Counted from the first letter of the stretch, positions 1-11,962 are shown. The stretch: DNA of 64,000 bases from Eukaryota sp. TZLM1-RC (GCA_040285825.1 JAUPSS010000002.1:3224001-3288000); one strand, 5' to 3'. Translations and numbers: made by a program. The notes: a model not told the origin generated them from the sequence alone.

Positions 1-2
1 AC

Positions 3-896
3 TGGCATGTGGATCAGAATTACACAGCTGCTAATGTATCAGCAAATACTGCATTGAAATTGTCTGATACATATACGATGGCTGAGGGGTCTTTCTGCGT
101 CTCAAAGCACGAGATTATTTTGACCTTTTTGGTCTCATTATATGGCCTCTCCACTTCTGCATCTCTTTATCTCCAAATGACTAAACCTGTGCTTCTTCAC
201 CCTTCTGAGATTGGCAAATTAGGTTCTGTTTTGGAGGAGTTTTTATCTCTTTCGTCTACAACGGAATGTGTGGATGAATTGTTTGACAATGATGCTCTAC
301 ATGGTCATTTGAATGATTCTACACTCAACGTAGTCTGTAATGATTTCCTTGAATCGTTTTCACACACCCTATCTATTTCTGATGAAGCTGTTGATTCACT
401 CTGTGGATCTGGCCCTGCCCATGCTGTCAGATTACTTCTTAGGACCACAGTCTATCGACCTTCTTTCAAATCCCCATGCACTGTTGCCCTTTCAACCATA
501 GTAAAGCGAAGCCGAACAGCATGCCTATTAGATACCATTATTGCTATAGTCGAGGAATGCGAGACCTTTCAAGTCCAAACTCAGCTATTACATTCTAACA
601 TTCCTCGTGATGTCATTGATGCACTGATAGAGTGCTTCTCCTATAGAGCTTCTCTTACTTACAAACCTCTTCCCGTGCAATTAACCCACAATGTAAAGGA
701 GTGCTGGACCACAGTGTTTGCTGCTACCAAGATTCACCCTTATCTTAAGCAGGCCATCTCTTCATGTTTAGTCTCTATCAGTGGGGGAGTTGACGTCTTT
801 GCTTCACTGCGATCTGGTGTTAGGACGAGTTCTGTTCAAGATTATGGACAGAGTGAACGTCGTTTTAGTTTTACTGATTTTCGTTCAAATTTGTAG
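3..896 (+). CDS. C-terminal part of an unidentified host protein (frame open to the window edge)
   Basis: Open frame of about 297 codons ending in TAG at 894-896, followed by an AT-rich 3' UTR with AATAAA; no recognisable motif. Confidence 0.6.
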   Translation, partial: WHVDQNYTAANVSANTALKLSDTYTMAEGSFCVSKHEIILTFLVSLYGLSTSASLYLQMTKPVLLHPSEIGKLGSVLEEFLSLSSTTECVDELFDNDALHGHLNDSTLNVVCNDFLESFSHTLSISDEAVDSLCGSGPAHAVRLLLRTTVYRPSFKSPCTVALSTIVKRSRTACLLDTIIAIVEECETFQVQTQLLHSNIPRDVIDALIECFSYRASLTYKPLPVQLTHNVKECWTTVFAATKIHPYLKQAISSCLVSISGGVDVFASLRSGVRTSSVQDYGQSERRFSFTDFRSNL

Positions 897-1141
897 TAGT
901 TTTGTAATTAATATTGTAAATATAAATAAATAAAGATTTTCAAAATATAAACATTTTTTAGCACTATTTCTCAACTTTTTGCTTTCACTATTGTACCGAT
1001 GTATTGAGGTTTAATATATTTTTCTTGAATATACAAATGACAATATTGATACCACTTCTCAATACTAAGGATAAAAGTCAAGTTTTAAATTGTTATTATT
1101 TTGTTTGGTACAAAGCCCATAATGAAACTATCCATCAGAAA

Positions 1142-1819
1142 TTAATTCTTTTTTGGGCGTCTAGATCTGCTATTTTGAAACCACACTTTCACCTGACGTT
1201 CCAAGAGACCAACTTGCTGAGCTATACGTGCTACATCAGTGGGAGAGGGCCTAGGATTCTTTTCAAATTCATTTCTAAGAATGGCAGTTTGTTCAGGAGA
1301 AAACTTATGGGACCGTCGGGGACGCATTTCTCCTGTGTGAGAAGGTCCATAGTTAGGTATGGAAGCTGGAGACATGTAGGTTGGGTTCATCTGTGGATTA
1401 GGGAAATTTGAGATATATGCAGGTGGTCGTTGAATTCGTTGAACTAATGGTAATGAATCTCTGGAAATCATATTGACAGGATTATATGATGGATCAAATG
1501 AGCGGTGTGGCACTGGTTGAACAAGATGTGGATTTTGTGAAACAACTGGTTGTTGTGGCCCTACGTATGGTGCATAAGAGTGGGGTTGTGCTTGTGGGAC
1601 ATGTTGGGACGGAAACGAAAATGGACTGTATGGCTGAACCTGTGCGTCGTGGTTATTGTGCATGTATGACACAAACGCCTGAACTGTGGAAAAGGAAGGA
1701 AGCTTGAAGTTTTCGTCCATTTCAGCAGACACATCAAACTGAGGAACTTGATCGTGCGTGGTATGATTGGCCACTTTCTGGATGGGGCCGTTAACCAACG
1801 TATCAAGGGGAAACGACAT
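1142..1819 (-). CDS. Homeodomain transcription factor (non-TALE, Q50) with Pro/Gln-rich N-terminus
   Basis: C-terminal RPRRSHKFSPEQTAILRNEFEKNPRPS...LLERQVKVWFQNSRSR is a canonical homeodomain; first ATG at 1819 (MSFPLDT). Confidence 0.9.
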   Translation of the reverse strand: MSFPLDTLVNGPIQKVANHTTHDQVPQFDVSAEMDENFKLPSFSTVQAFVSYMHNNHDAQVQPYSPFSFPSQHVPQAQPHSYAPYVGPQQPVVSQNPHLVQPVPHRSFDPSYNPVNMISRDSLPLVQRIQRPPAYISNFPNPQMNPTYMSPASIPNYGPSHTGEMRPRRSHKFSPEQTAILRNEFEKNPRPSPTDVARIAQQVGLLERQVKVWFQNSRSRRPKKN

Positions 1820-2684
1820 CCGAACGATGAGTTTTTGATTTGAGATTGATTTGAGCAAAATGTTTCTTACTTACTCTTTCTATTTGATCCATCAACGTCA
1901 TCCTACCAAAAATTTTGCCTTTTAAAAAGGGTTTTTGTCACATGTTGGTGTAAAGATAAGAATTAGATTGGGACGAAATTTTAGTTTGAATGCTAGGTGG
2001 CCTTTAATCGCTTGCAACTAGTAAAATTGATTAACTACTTGGACAATGTCCATATAATGATGGCATTCTCAATGTTGGCTATGAATAGACTTCCTCATTA
2101 TTTCACAGTACCAACAAATATACAGCGTAGTAGCTACGTGTGACAGTAAAAGTACTGTTGGGCAATTTTTGGTTGAAAATACAGACAGAAAATACAATTT
2201 TTACATGTGTTTCAGTGGGTGTATTTTTGAGTTATAAATTTTGACCAAGTCCATCTTTAGAAAATCATAAGTACCAGTTGTTGCACTGGCTCTTGTTCTT
2301 GTTCAACGTTTGTGCCAATTCACCTTATGTGTATTTTGTTGTCACTGTTTGAGTTTGTTACGGGTGTTGTAAAAATCATGCACCAATGCTGATTTTCATG
2401 ACCTTGTACGTGATTCATCAATATTGCTTTTGATTGACTATTTTGAAGTTTTGATGAAAAGTTTGATGGTGTTGTATCGAACAATCATTACATATTTGTT
2501 CTAAAAGAGTGACACCTGATTTGTGGAAGACGGTAGAATTCCTACGTTCTTTGAATTAGTAAATCAAATACTACAGTTTAAATAATTTCTAAAAGACAAA
2601 CACATATTTGGAGAAACATTTTTTATTGCAAGGTCACATAAATAAAGATTAATTCAACCAAGATCACCAGCTAAAAAACAAAGT

Positions 2685-2906
2685 CTACAACCCACTTTCG
2701 AAAGGAAGTGAAGGGATATGGGGATCAAATTTACCTTGGGAATACTCAGAAGAAATGCCTTTCTGAACTATAGTTTCGAGACGATTTGAAGGAATAGAAG
2801 GGTCATCTGGAAGTTAAGTGAGTTTGCTCAAGATTCAGCAGCAGCTGTATGACCATCATTTATAAGCTGAGAGAGAGCTAGTTGGTGGATATATTTTACT
2901 GCTCAT
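2685..2906 (-). pseudogene. Decayed fragment resembling the CstF-50 N-terminal dimerisation (LisH-like) domain
   Basis: Across frameshifts and stops it reads IHQLALSQLINDGHTAAAES/LSKLT*LPDDPSIPSNRLETIVQKGI, matching the SQLxxDG...PSNRL pattern from memory. Confidence 0.35.
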
Positions 2907-3199
2907 AGGGTGTTGGAAGTCTTCAGCAAACTCCAACATTGATAATTGAGATGTGTGTCATTGATTGTTGCGTTGTTGTATTACTCAATAGTATAGGAAA
3001 TATTTCTACAGACGTGTTCTTTGAAACTGAGAACAGATAAAATGATTTCTTGTTGTTGAGTGTGCTGAACTATTGTATACTTCCTGTACATACTTGTTCA
3101 ACAAGGTTTGTACATAGCTCACGTAAGTTATGTGTATAATTTGGTGCGGACCGACTGACAAATTTGTCGCACCGGTCGCACTATCGCACCACAGAACAC

Positions 3200-3350
3200 T
3201 GGCATTTTGAAGTCAAGATTAAAATTAAAATTAATATTCTCTGACCTGAACAGAGTGACAGATGCAAGAGCAGCAACAGAAACACCATCAATTGTCGTTA
3301 TTCTAAATTGCTGACGCACACTTATAGATCTCATCGTAATCAAGATATCA
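3200..3350 (-). mobile_element. Small RT fragment of a CRE-like non-LTR retrotransposon
   Basis: QQFRITTIDGVSVAALAS is homologous to FQYGINTTDGVSAATFA near 46320 and to the QFG motif near 49850. Confidence 0.5.
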
Positions 3351-3461
3351 CCTCAAACCCACTGATCTTTTGGGAAATATGATCACCGTAATATATGATC
3401 ACATGATACCACACGTGGTACTTTCCTAAACCGGGAAGTGGCATTTAGCTTTAGCTAACAT

Positions 3462-5225
3462 TTGGGAAATACAATCAACTCACTTTCTGTTTGTTTGGCT
3501 ATTCATAATACTATTGAAATGACTCCGAAAGAATTCCCTGAGTTACGTCTTGTTGCTTATATGGATGAAATTTCGATTATTAGTTCTTATGAAAGCATTT
3601 GTAGGGTTTCTAGACATTGCTGCGAAATACAAAGACATTGGATTAGCCTTGAATCCCGAAAAATGTCCCTTAATTGGAATAACAAAACAATCTCTATTGA
3701 TTGATGATGTTCAAATTCCTTTCATAATTATGAACAACAAGCATTCAAGTTTCTTGGATGTTGGTTAGGTAATTTGGATGAAATTTATTCCCAATTGAAC
3801 AATTTATTGGAAAATTTTGATAAGGATCTTAGTTTTATTGAATTTGATATTGAAAAACACATCAAATTTTTTATTTTAACAATTTGTTATTCTGGTAAAT
3901 TCACTCATAATTTAAGGTCAACTGCTCCTTCAGTGTCTCTTGATTTTGCAGATCTTTCAACAAACTTCGTGTCAAATTTTTTTCCTCATTATTGGAGGTA
4001 AATGAATCTTTAATTCGAAGTCATGTTTTTTGTTCTGCCGATTGGGGTGGAATTGGTTTCACGAAATCTTCGACTTTATTTCAAGCAGCTTTTTTAGGAG
4101 GTGGAGAAAATTTTGTGTTTTAATTTGTTCAAAGGTTTCCTTATGATGTTCATCTGATCCATGGTGAATCAAATTTTTATTTGAATCAACTTCAATTTGA
4201 ATAAGATAATTTGCCTAGTGATATCTGGATTCAGTGTTTTTCTCAAAATATTCAAGAAAATCCCACCCGATCACTTTCAAATTTACGTTTTTGCTTGAAA
4301 AAGCTTCATCACCATCTGGTTAAATTATATGAAGGCTTGGATTACGAAGTAAGACTTGGCTTGGCCAAAACTAAAAATCCCGCTTTCGGTAATTTTTTAA
4401 AGGATATTCGTGATAGTTCAGCTGCTGCTTTAGTAACTCAAGTTCCCTCTGTTTATGGATTTTTTTAAAAAAACAATGAATGGCTTCTAAACATGCGTTT
4501 TCGTTGTTTTCTGTGGCCAAACAATTTGCCCAATCATTTAACTTGTAAATGTGGTAAACCTCTTTTGTTTACTAATCTTTTGAACTGTCAACATTTCATT
4601 ACATTTAGAAGCAAAGTGCATAATAACGTCAGGGATCAAATTTATGTAATGTGCAAATCATATCGAGTAGATTCCTTTTTAGAACCGCTGTTATCAAAAT
4701 TAATTCTTGATGATCCCAGTATTGATAGTATACGTTACAACAGAGCTTCTATGGGTCTGTCAAGAGGTGATCTAGTTGTTCCCGGTTTAAATGGTAGTAT
4801 TACTGTTTTAGACGCCATGTCTATTGACCCTTTTAATTCTTCTTACAAACATTTCATTAACTCAGATGTAAATAATCCTCTTCTTGCTGGCGAAAAATTT
4901 AAAATTGCTAAATATGCGAAACCCATTTCCTCAGTTAATGAAAATTCTCATGCCCAATATAGTTTCTGTTCCGTTGTTGTTTACTTGCTTGGATCTCCAG
5001 GTAAGGATACTGTGGCTTTCCCTGAGGATTATTTTCTGGTTGTAAAGGAATGAACAAAGAAGAATTTTCTATCGTGTTCACTGGCAAAACTAATTTCTGA
5101 TTCACTTTCTTCTGATTGGAAATTTTCTGAATCTTTAGCTATTAATTGTTTTGATGTAGGGGAGGCAGGTTTTGAGGAGTTTTAGTTGTGTATTTCATGT
5201 TTTCAAATTTGTTGTTGAATAATAG
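3462..5225 (+). mobile_element. Degenerate CRE-like non-LTR retrotransposon (RT C-half plus RLE endonuclease)
   Basis: AYMDE (decayed YxDD), GLALNPEKC, a GGIG motif, CKC..NLLNC knuckle, HNNVRD, RGD, AGEKFKIAKY; many frameshifts. Confidence 0.85.
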
Positions 5226-5343
5226 AAAAGTAAATTGAGGATAACAAAAAGAAAGTACAAGAGTCGCTGATTGGTGTAATTACTGGTAACTATTTCGACT
5301 TAATCGAAAAATTTATTCAACAAACACAATTTCAAAACTCAGA

Positions 5344-6054
5344 TCAACAATCAAATGCACTTCTACCAACTCGCTTGTGGTTGGTAAATTCAATACAAGC
5401 AGGACCAGCACATCGTTCATATATCCATCCACCATTGCGGCACCAGGTGTTTGATCCAGATTCCCAAATTGTACATGTACCGGCAGACGTGCTTTTGATT
5501 CCTTGTGTGTTTTGAGCATCCGCAGGGATTTCTGGGGCGATTGTAGCCACCACGTTGGAGCAATTAAAAGATATAGCTGGGGTACACATTCCCAAAGCTC
5601 TGTAACTCATACCTCCATCAACGCAGTAAACAACGTGTGTTCCTAATGTTGGAACACTTGCACTTCCAACAAAGTTTCTCTCAACAGTGTCAACAGCGTA
5701 GGTGCCAGTGACCCAACTAAAGATTCCAGTACCGCTGGCATCGGCCTCATAACGTGTGACGATATCACCAGAGTCCAATAGAAACATGACAGCAACGGCA
5801 GCGACTGCAGCAACGACAAAGACAATGAGAACTACGATCAATCGATACAGCTAAAACATACAAATCAAGCAACCTTTTCCCTTCTTTCGCTGATTGGGGT
5901 ATGCGGGTTGATGCTGCTGAACAACTTGTTGCATCGGTTGCTGAGGAGCAAATGCTACAGTTTGCTGCATTGGTTGCTGAGGAACAGCACCTCCGATAGG
6001 TTGCGGCATCACGACTTGGCCTTGAGGTTGGGTTACGTAAACGACATTACTCAT
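5344..6054 (-). CDS. Type II membrane protein: Gln/Pro-rich cytoplasmic head, TM helix, Cys-rich ectodomain; 30-nt intron at 5832-5861
   Basis: Removing GTATGT...CGTAG joins ORFs 5851..6072 and 5344..5841 in frame (KKGKGCLI-F-LIVFVVAAVAAV). Confidence 0.8.
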
Positions 6055-6844
6055 GATGAGAAGAGAGAACAATTGGATAGATATCTGATTTTTCCAAAAT
6101 ATTCTTCACCGTGACTAACATCAGTGGTGTTTCATCTCAGATCCAGAGAACAATTTCAGATCTTGATCAGCCAGTTAACTGATTGATCGGATTCATATGA
6201 AGCGCTTTCACTTGTTTGTTTTCCTTCTTCTCTGTCATCTGTGTTTTATCTTTTCTCTCCTAAACGGTAAGAACCAAACGTAATATAGCTTAACTCTTGT
6301 CTGTTCATTATAATTACAACCCTATGTTTTCACTGTTTCGCCTTTCAACATCCCATTCATCATTCCTAGAAAAAACTTTTCGATGACGCTACAAATGACG
6401 TGCAACCATCTCGAGAATCAGCTTTTGCTCCGTGCTACATCAGAAACGACACTCCCAATAGATCGGCTTAGATCGGAACAGTGGAATTGTCTTTTCTTTT
6501 TCCATTTTGCTGATAAGGAATATTGTCTTGCTGTCAATGTATTTTTACTAAGGTAAGAGTTTTTCCATTTACACATTCTTTAAATACTTGAGCTTTGTTT
6601 CCATGATTTTCATTTTATAAATCGTTTTCATTGCTCCATTTTTTCTGGAGATAAATTGATTTGAATAAGGAATAAAAGATTCCTTTTCCCTTTTTTAACT
6701 TCTTCTATTTTATTTAGATACATTAGAGAGATGAAATAGAAATACACAGGTGTAGTGAAGTCGTGCGTTTTTTGGTTGATATTGACCAAAATTAATGTTG
6801 GCATTTATTAGTTGGTTTTGAAAACAATTGTTTTAATTAATTAA

Positions 6845-6933
6845 AAATTCTAAACTAGTCGCCCAAATAGTCAAAAATGCAAATGTTCATGAGATGTTCT
6901 CCAAAAATACTACAGATTCACTGTAGTAAAAAG
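6845..6933 (-). ncRNA. Candidate Fanzor omega-RNA scaffold / element right end
   Basis: Lies directly 3' of the Fanzor stop once the TSD-flanked insertion 6943-7811 is removed; contains the perfect hairpin TACTACAG-TGAAT-CTGTAGTA (6908-6928) and a second, imperfect stem. Confidence 0.45.
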
Positions 6934-6942
6934 CTATAACTT

Positions 6943-7811
6943 TTTTCGTCTTAGCTTGGCTAAAGAAAAGAATCCCGTTTTTGCAAACTTTTTAATTGAC
7001 CTCAAGGATAGTAGCTCAAGTTGTCTTATTTCCCAGATTCCAAATGTATATGGTCTATTATTAAATGATCATCAATGGACAACTGCCCTAAAGATGAGGT
7101 GTTTTTTGTGGCCATGTAGTGTGCCAAATGATTTGATTTGTCGTTGTGGTCAGCTCATTAATCTGAATCATTTATTTAATTGCAAATTTAATATTACATA
7201 TCGCTCAGTTGTTCACGATGCTGTTAGAGACAAACTATCCGCAATGTGCAAAAGTCATCACATTGAAGCTTTTGTTGAACCACTTGTGCGAAGGTTGTCA
7301 TCTGAAAATGAAGATGAAAATACTTTTGGGAAACGCCGTGCTGATTTAATTACCCCTGCGTCTGATGGTGTTATTAAAGTTGTTGATGTTGTCACTGTTG
7401 ATGTTTGTAAAGACTCAGCAATTGATTTTGCTAAAATAGATGAAACTCCGCTCTGCTTTGCTGAAAAGAGCAAATTCAAAGAGTACAATGAACCCTTATC
7501 TCAGCTAGGACGTGTTGAACATGTCAAGTATCAGCTGGATCCATTTGCTGTTTCTTTTTTTGGTAACATTGGAATATCTGGCATTAAATTTCTTGAAGGT
7601 TTCAGAAAATTAATAAAAGAAAGAGCAGGAAAAGAAAAGAACTTCAATTTCTGGCACAATAGAAATTAAAAATAGAGTATGAAAATCGCGCGCTTAAGAG
7701 ATTTGATGATGTTGATGCGTGTATTGAGGATATTGAGTTCTAGTTTTTTGTTTAATGTTTTGTTGGCGTTGAAAATCAATTTCTATTTATGAAAAAATTT
7801 TTTAAAAAAAA
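6943..7811 (+). mobile_element. 5'-truncated CRE-like RLE retrotransposon copy with 9-bp TSD CTATAACTT (6934-6942 / 7812-7820)
   Basis: ORF 6956..7669 has CRC..HLFNC, HDAVRD, RRAD, AEKSKFKEY; A-rich tail; homologous to 35850-36710. Confidence 0.9.
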
Positions 7812-7818
7812 CTATAAC

Positions 7819-9925
7819 TTAAGACAGATATGGATGCCTATCACCAACACTATCCTCTACAAAATAATCTACAATGGCCTTGATGTTGATACACGCTAAC
7901 TTGTTACGATTCCATACCTTATCATTTCCATCACGTTCTTCTCTACAAACTTCAGACCGACATCGTAACAAAGTATGACATTTCACAGCAGGGCACTTCT
8001 CTTTCATCCATGGCCTAGCATTCTCAACATCAAGAAATACATTTATTGGGTTATAACAAGTTGGACACTTTGAAGATGTGTTTCTCTCATCAACTAAACA
8101 AACTGTGTAATTATTTCTCTTAAAGAAATTTCTCCATCCAACTCCTCTACTTGATCGATGATGCTTTGAACTCTGTCTCTTATTGCCATTGTCACCAATC
8201 ATTAGGATATTGTCTTCTTGCTTCCATTGCTTCTCAGCCATTCTTTTTAATAACTTAGCCTCTGTTTTCTGATGATGGACATATCTTTGCATTTTTTGAA
8301 TGTGCCATATCATTCAACAGTAGTAATCAAATGTAAATGTCATGTTTGTCAGCTTGAAAGCAACATCAGAATGGAAATTATTATAAATAAAAGATTCTGA
8401 TGATTCTTTTGATAAAGTAGCTTCTATTTCTTCCACTGTGATCCCATTTTGCAAAATATACTCTTTCTTCTTCAATTGTCTAAATTTTTGGTGAATTCTC
8501 GATACCTTTGACAACTCCAATTCTGTTAATCTCAGCTACTCATATTGTTTATCTCTTTTTAGTTGATTTTTTGCATTACTTTTGAATCTTTTTTTGACTA
8601 CAACAATAAAGTAAATCACTTTTACCAGGGTTAATCTGTACTTGTGTTTTGATGATAGAAATTCAACAACCAAATCGTCCAAATAGTTCTCAATGGTTGC
8701 AAACTTTGCACTATCAGGCTTGAAGGACAAGCCAATACAATCCTCTCTTGCAAGCTCAATACAGGCTGCAAAATCATCAATTATAATGGTGTTGTTAAAC
8801 TTGTAGCCTTTTTTAGTAAACAGTCTATTAAATTCAAAAAATATGACCAAAAATAAATTTTGTTCTGGTTTCATACGCTCAAGGTCAGCTGTTGAGTTTT
8901 CTACTCCGAATTGTTTTTTTGTCAGTAATTTGATTATCTGTTAAAGACGAACGTAAAATACCCCAGAGTCCTTGACTAACAACTTCAAAAGACCCAGGTT
9001 TCATTTCGAACAAATGGTATGGCTCTAAATGTTTCCCCTAGCTTTGTTCTATAATATTAATTATTTTGTCAGCTGATTTGGTAAAAGATTGGGGATGTAT
9101 TTGCACAGTGGAAAGCAACGATTTAACTTCAAGAGCCAGCTCATCTTTTGAATTTTTGACTGTAATATCTAGGAAAAACTGAATTCTCCCAATTCTAATC
9201 TTTTAATAACTTACAAATTTTGGGATGATCACTGTTTAAAATAACAGTTTTTGCTGATTGATTCAAACAATTTTCATTGTCTTCGTACAAGATTTCCTCA
9301 TCAGAAAGTTTAATGAAATCATCAGTAGTCAGAAAACTGTTACGATTCCTATACAGCAATAGATTCTTGACTTGAAGTAACCTACAACGAAAAACAGACT
9401 TTTCTCTTTGGATCATTTCTTCTTCAACTTCCGTTTTCTCGAAATATAGATTAATACACTTTCCAATATATTGAGCATACCTCATTTGTATATTGACCTC
9501 TCAATTCGTTCTAATAGTTTATGCGATGGAAGCCCTCAATCTAGTACAATGATTAATGAAAAAAGGAGGAATGCCACCATTATTTTCCATTAACTGCTTA
9601 AAAATTTTTCAACAAAATTTTTCAAGTCCTCATTAATTACCGCAAGCTTACCCCTTTCATTGAGTTTAATGATGTGTTTAATGGTACAAATTTTACTGAG
9701 CAACATTTGAATTTGTTCTAATTCTTTCCGAGTTGAAACAAGAAAATCTTGATCAGTCCCAGTGAAATGTAGAAGAAATAACTTGAAATAATATGTCATG
9801 TTCATTCTCAATCTGTGAACCAATTAAGTATAATAATTTAACAAAAGTACCAATTATCTATGCTTGACAATAGATTTCAATGTGGTTTTGTGAGTAACAA
9901 AAGTTGGTCGAACCACCTTGTTTGA
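7819..9925 (-). pseudogene. Fanzor1 (eukaryotic TnpB-family RNA-guided endonuclease), fragmented
   Basis: Colinear motifs over about 2.1 kb: HKTTLKSIVKH, YFKLFLLH, YKFNNTIIIDD, RuvC-I INPGKSDLLYC (about 8603-8635, shifted frame), IGD, RuvC-II VDERNTSSKCPTC, LLRC..C, RuvC-III WNRNKLACINI, RHPYL. Confidence 0.85.
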
Positions 9926-10890
9926 TTGAAAGAGTAGAAACAATTTTTAACCAAGCGCACTATCTTTGCAACAATAATTAATTGTTTCTTGGGGTCTACT
10001 TCTAAAACAATCAATTGGTAAAAGTTTTTGAAATGTATAATCAAGATACCTTCAGACTCATTTAATTTTTTTAACTGGAATATTTATTGAGATAAAAAAC
10101 CCAAAAATATTTTAATAGGAACCAACTAAGAGATCTCAAGAATTTATTCGACTTTGATGTAATGAAATTTTTTGCATACAAAAATGAATCACAGATAGTT
10201 AAACCATTGAAATCAGAGGAAACCTTTTGCCAAGAACCTGATAAAAATGGCTGAATAAACATTTAACGAACTTCTTGAATATTACTTTTTGTTCTGTTTC
10301 AATCGGTACAAAGGTTGAATCACCGCTGTGTGAATGGCTACTTTTTTGCATAGTTTTGGGTTTTCTAGTAGCCTTTGAGGTAATTCTTCCGCTTTTTCCT
10401 ATTTGAGTAGACGGTTCTTGTCTTACAATTTTTGAAGGAGGGAGCTGATGTTACTGTTGCCTTGCTCTTTTTGGGCTAACAATCGTCACTGATTGTATCA
10501 CTAAACTGATTTGGATATAATGTTAGTAATGCACCCTATATATTTCTTCTCAGTACTGTAGCATTTACACCGACAGTGATTTCAGGCCCTGACAAATGTG
10601 TTTTCATACCAATAGATGAGAGAAAATCTGAATATAATGCAACACGTATAAGCCACAGACATTGGGGTTTTTCCTTCTCCTACACCCAGTGCAAAAGAGC
10701 GAATGTCATGAATTGTCATAATGTTTTCCATTTTTCTAAATATTTTAGACAAAGGAGATTCTTTAACAAGATAATCAGAAGTAAAAGAATGATCCAACTG
10801 AGGTTCCAAAAAGATGCATTCTTTCTGCACAACATCACTAGATGCAAAATCCCAATGTAATCCATAACGGGCTTGTTGATCTAGTGCATC

Positions 10891-11962
10891 TGTTGTTGTA
10901 ACTGATAAACTAACTTGGTAGACAGATGAGGAATTTAAATGATGACGTGGCACTTGTTCAAGAACAAGTACTTTTATTAATAAAGCTCTCTTTTCTTCTT
11001 TTCATTTTTGCTAATTCCGCCTAACGGAATCAATAATTATTGGCCCTCATTGCAGATGATATCTACACGCGAACTACATCCCTCCCTTGCTTCTTTGGAA
11101 GCGGATGATGTCCTGTTGTTCCTACAACAGTGGAAGGTGTACTCTTCTGTTACACCGAAGAAGGACCTTGTTCCAGCAAAGCTCCTCGTTGACCCCTTCT
11201 TGTTAGAATCATTGGTTCTCACAAGACCTGGGGTTGATTCATCCGATGAGGTGTTTCTGGATCATTTAAGATCCTCCACCTCGTTTTTCTCGTACGAGAA
11301 ATTCAACTTGGTGATGTCTGAGTTGAAGGTTGATGTCCGTAAGGGCGACGTCCGTGAACGTATGTCCTGCTACCTGAGACGTTTTCTTCAGGCGAAAAGC
11401 AGGGCTTCCGGACTGAAATTGCCTGACTCAGTCTTCATGATCAAATTCGCCAAGGGTATTCTTCCATTAGGACTGCAGAAATTTCTGATTTCTCGAATTC
11501 GGGACGAGGTATTCCCCGATTTTCCAACATTGGTAAATACCGCAGAGGATGAACTACTTAATTGCACGCGAGTAGCTTCTTGGAACAGATCTTCAAAGAC
11601 TGTTTCTGAAAATACTGACTCTGTGCGTCAAGCTGGTATGAAGTCTCGTTCATCCCATAGGTCTCGCAATTTGACTGACGGGACATGTTTCAAATGTCAA
11701 CAGAAAGGTCATCTAGCTCGTCATTTCCCCTCAAAAGTTAAGCACGAAGTAAATCATCTACACCAAGTGCCTCAGTATCTCAGAAATCCCCTATCTTCAT
11801 TATGCTAAATGGTTGTCGAAACTGTTGAAAGAAAATGGGAAGAAGTAGTGTTGTTGTTACTGATAAACTAACCTGGTAGACAGATGAGGAATTCACATGA
11901 TGACGTGGCACTTGTTCAAGAACAAGTATTTTTATTAATAAAGCTCTCTTTTCTCCTTTTCA
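10891..11962 (+). mobile_element. Gag-only mini LTR retrotransposon (TR-GAG/TRIM-like), about 1.07 kb
   Basis: 114-bp direct repeats TGTTGTTG...TTTTCA at 10891-11004 and 11849-11962; purine tract before the 3' LTR; target CATC duplicated (the right copy overlaps the terminal CA); no pol. Confidence 0.85.
11056..11808 (+). CDS. gag: Gag-like protein of the mini LTR element
   Basis: Capsid-like YLRRF...FAKGI segment and a degenerate zinc knuckle CFKCQQKGHLARHF. Confidence 0.75.
   Translation: MISTRELHPSLASLEADDVLLFLQQWKVYSSVTPKKDLVPAKLLVDPFLLESLVLTRPGVDSSDEVFLDHLRSSTSFFSYEKFNLVMSELKVDVRKGDVRERMSCYLRRFLQAKSRASGLKLPDSVFMIKFAKGILPLGLQKFLISRIRDEVFPDFPTLVNTAEDELLNCTRVASWNRSSKTVSENTDSVRQAGMKSRSSHRSRNLTDGTCFKCQQKGHLARHFPSKVKHEVNHLHQVPQYLRNPLSSLC

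Noticed and set aside
1004-1411. 135-aa plus-strand ORF and similar antisense ORFs (e.g. 22304..22690, 51608..52060, 63048..63371)
   Set aside because: Shadow frames opposite well-supported genes or elements, with no motifs of their own
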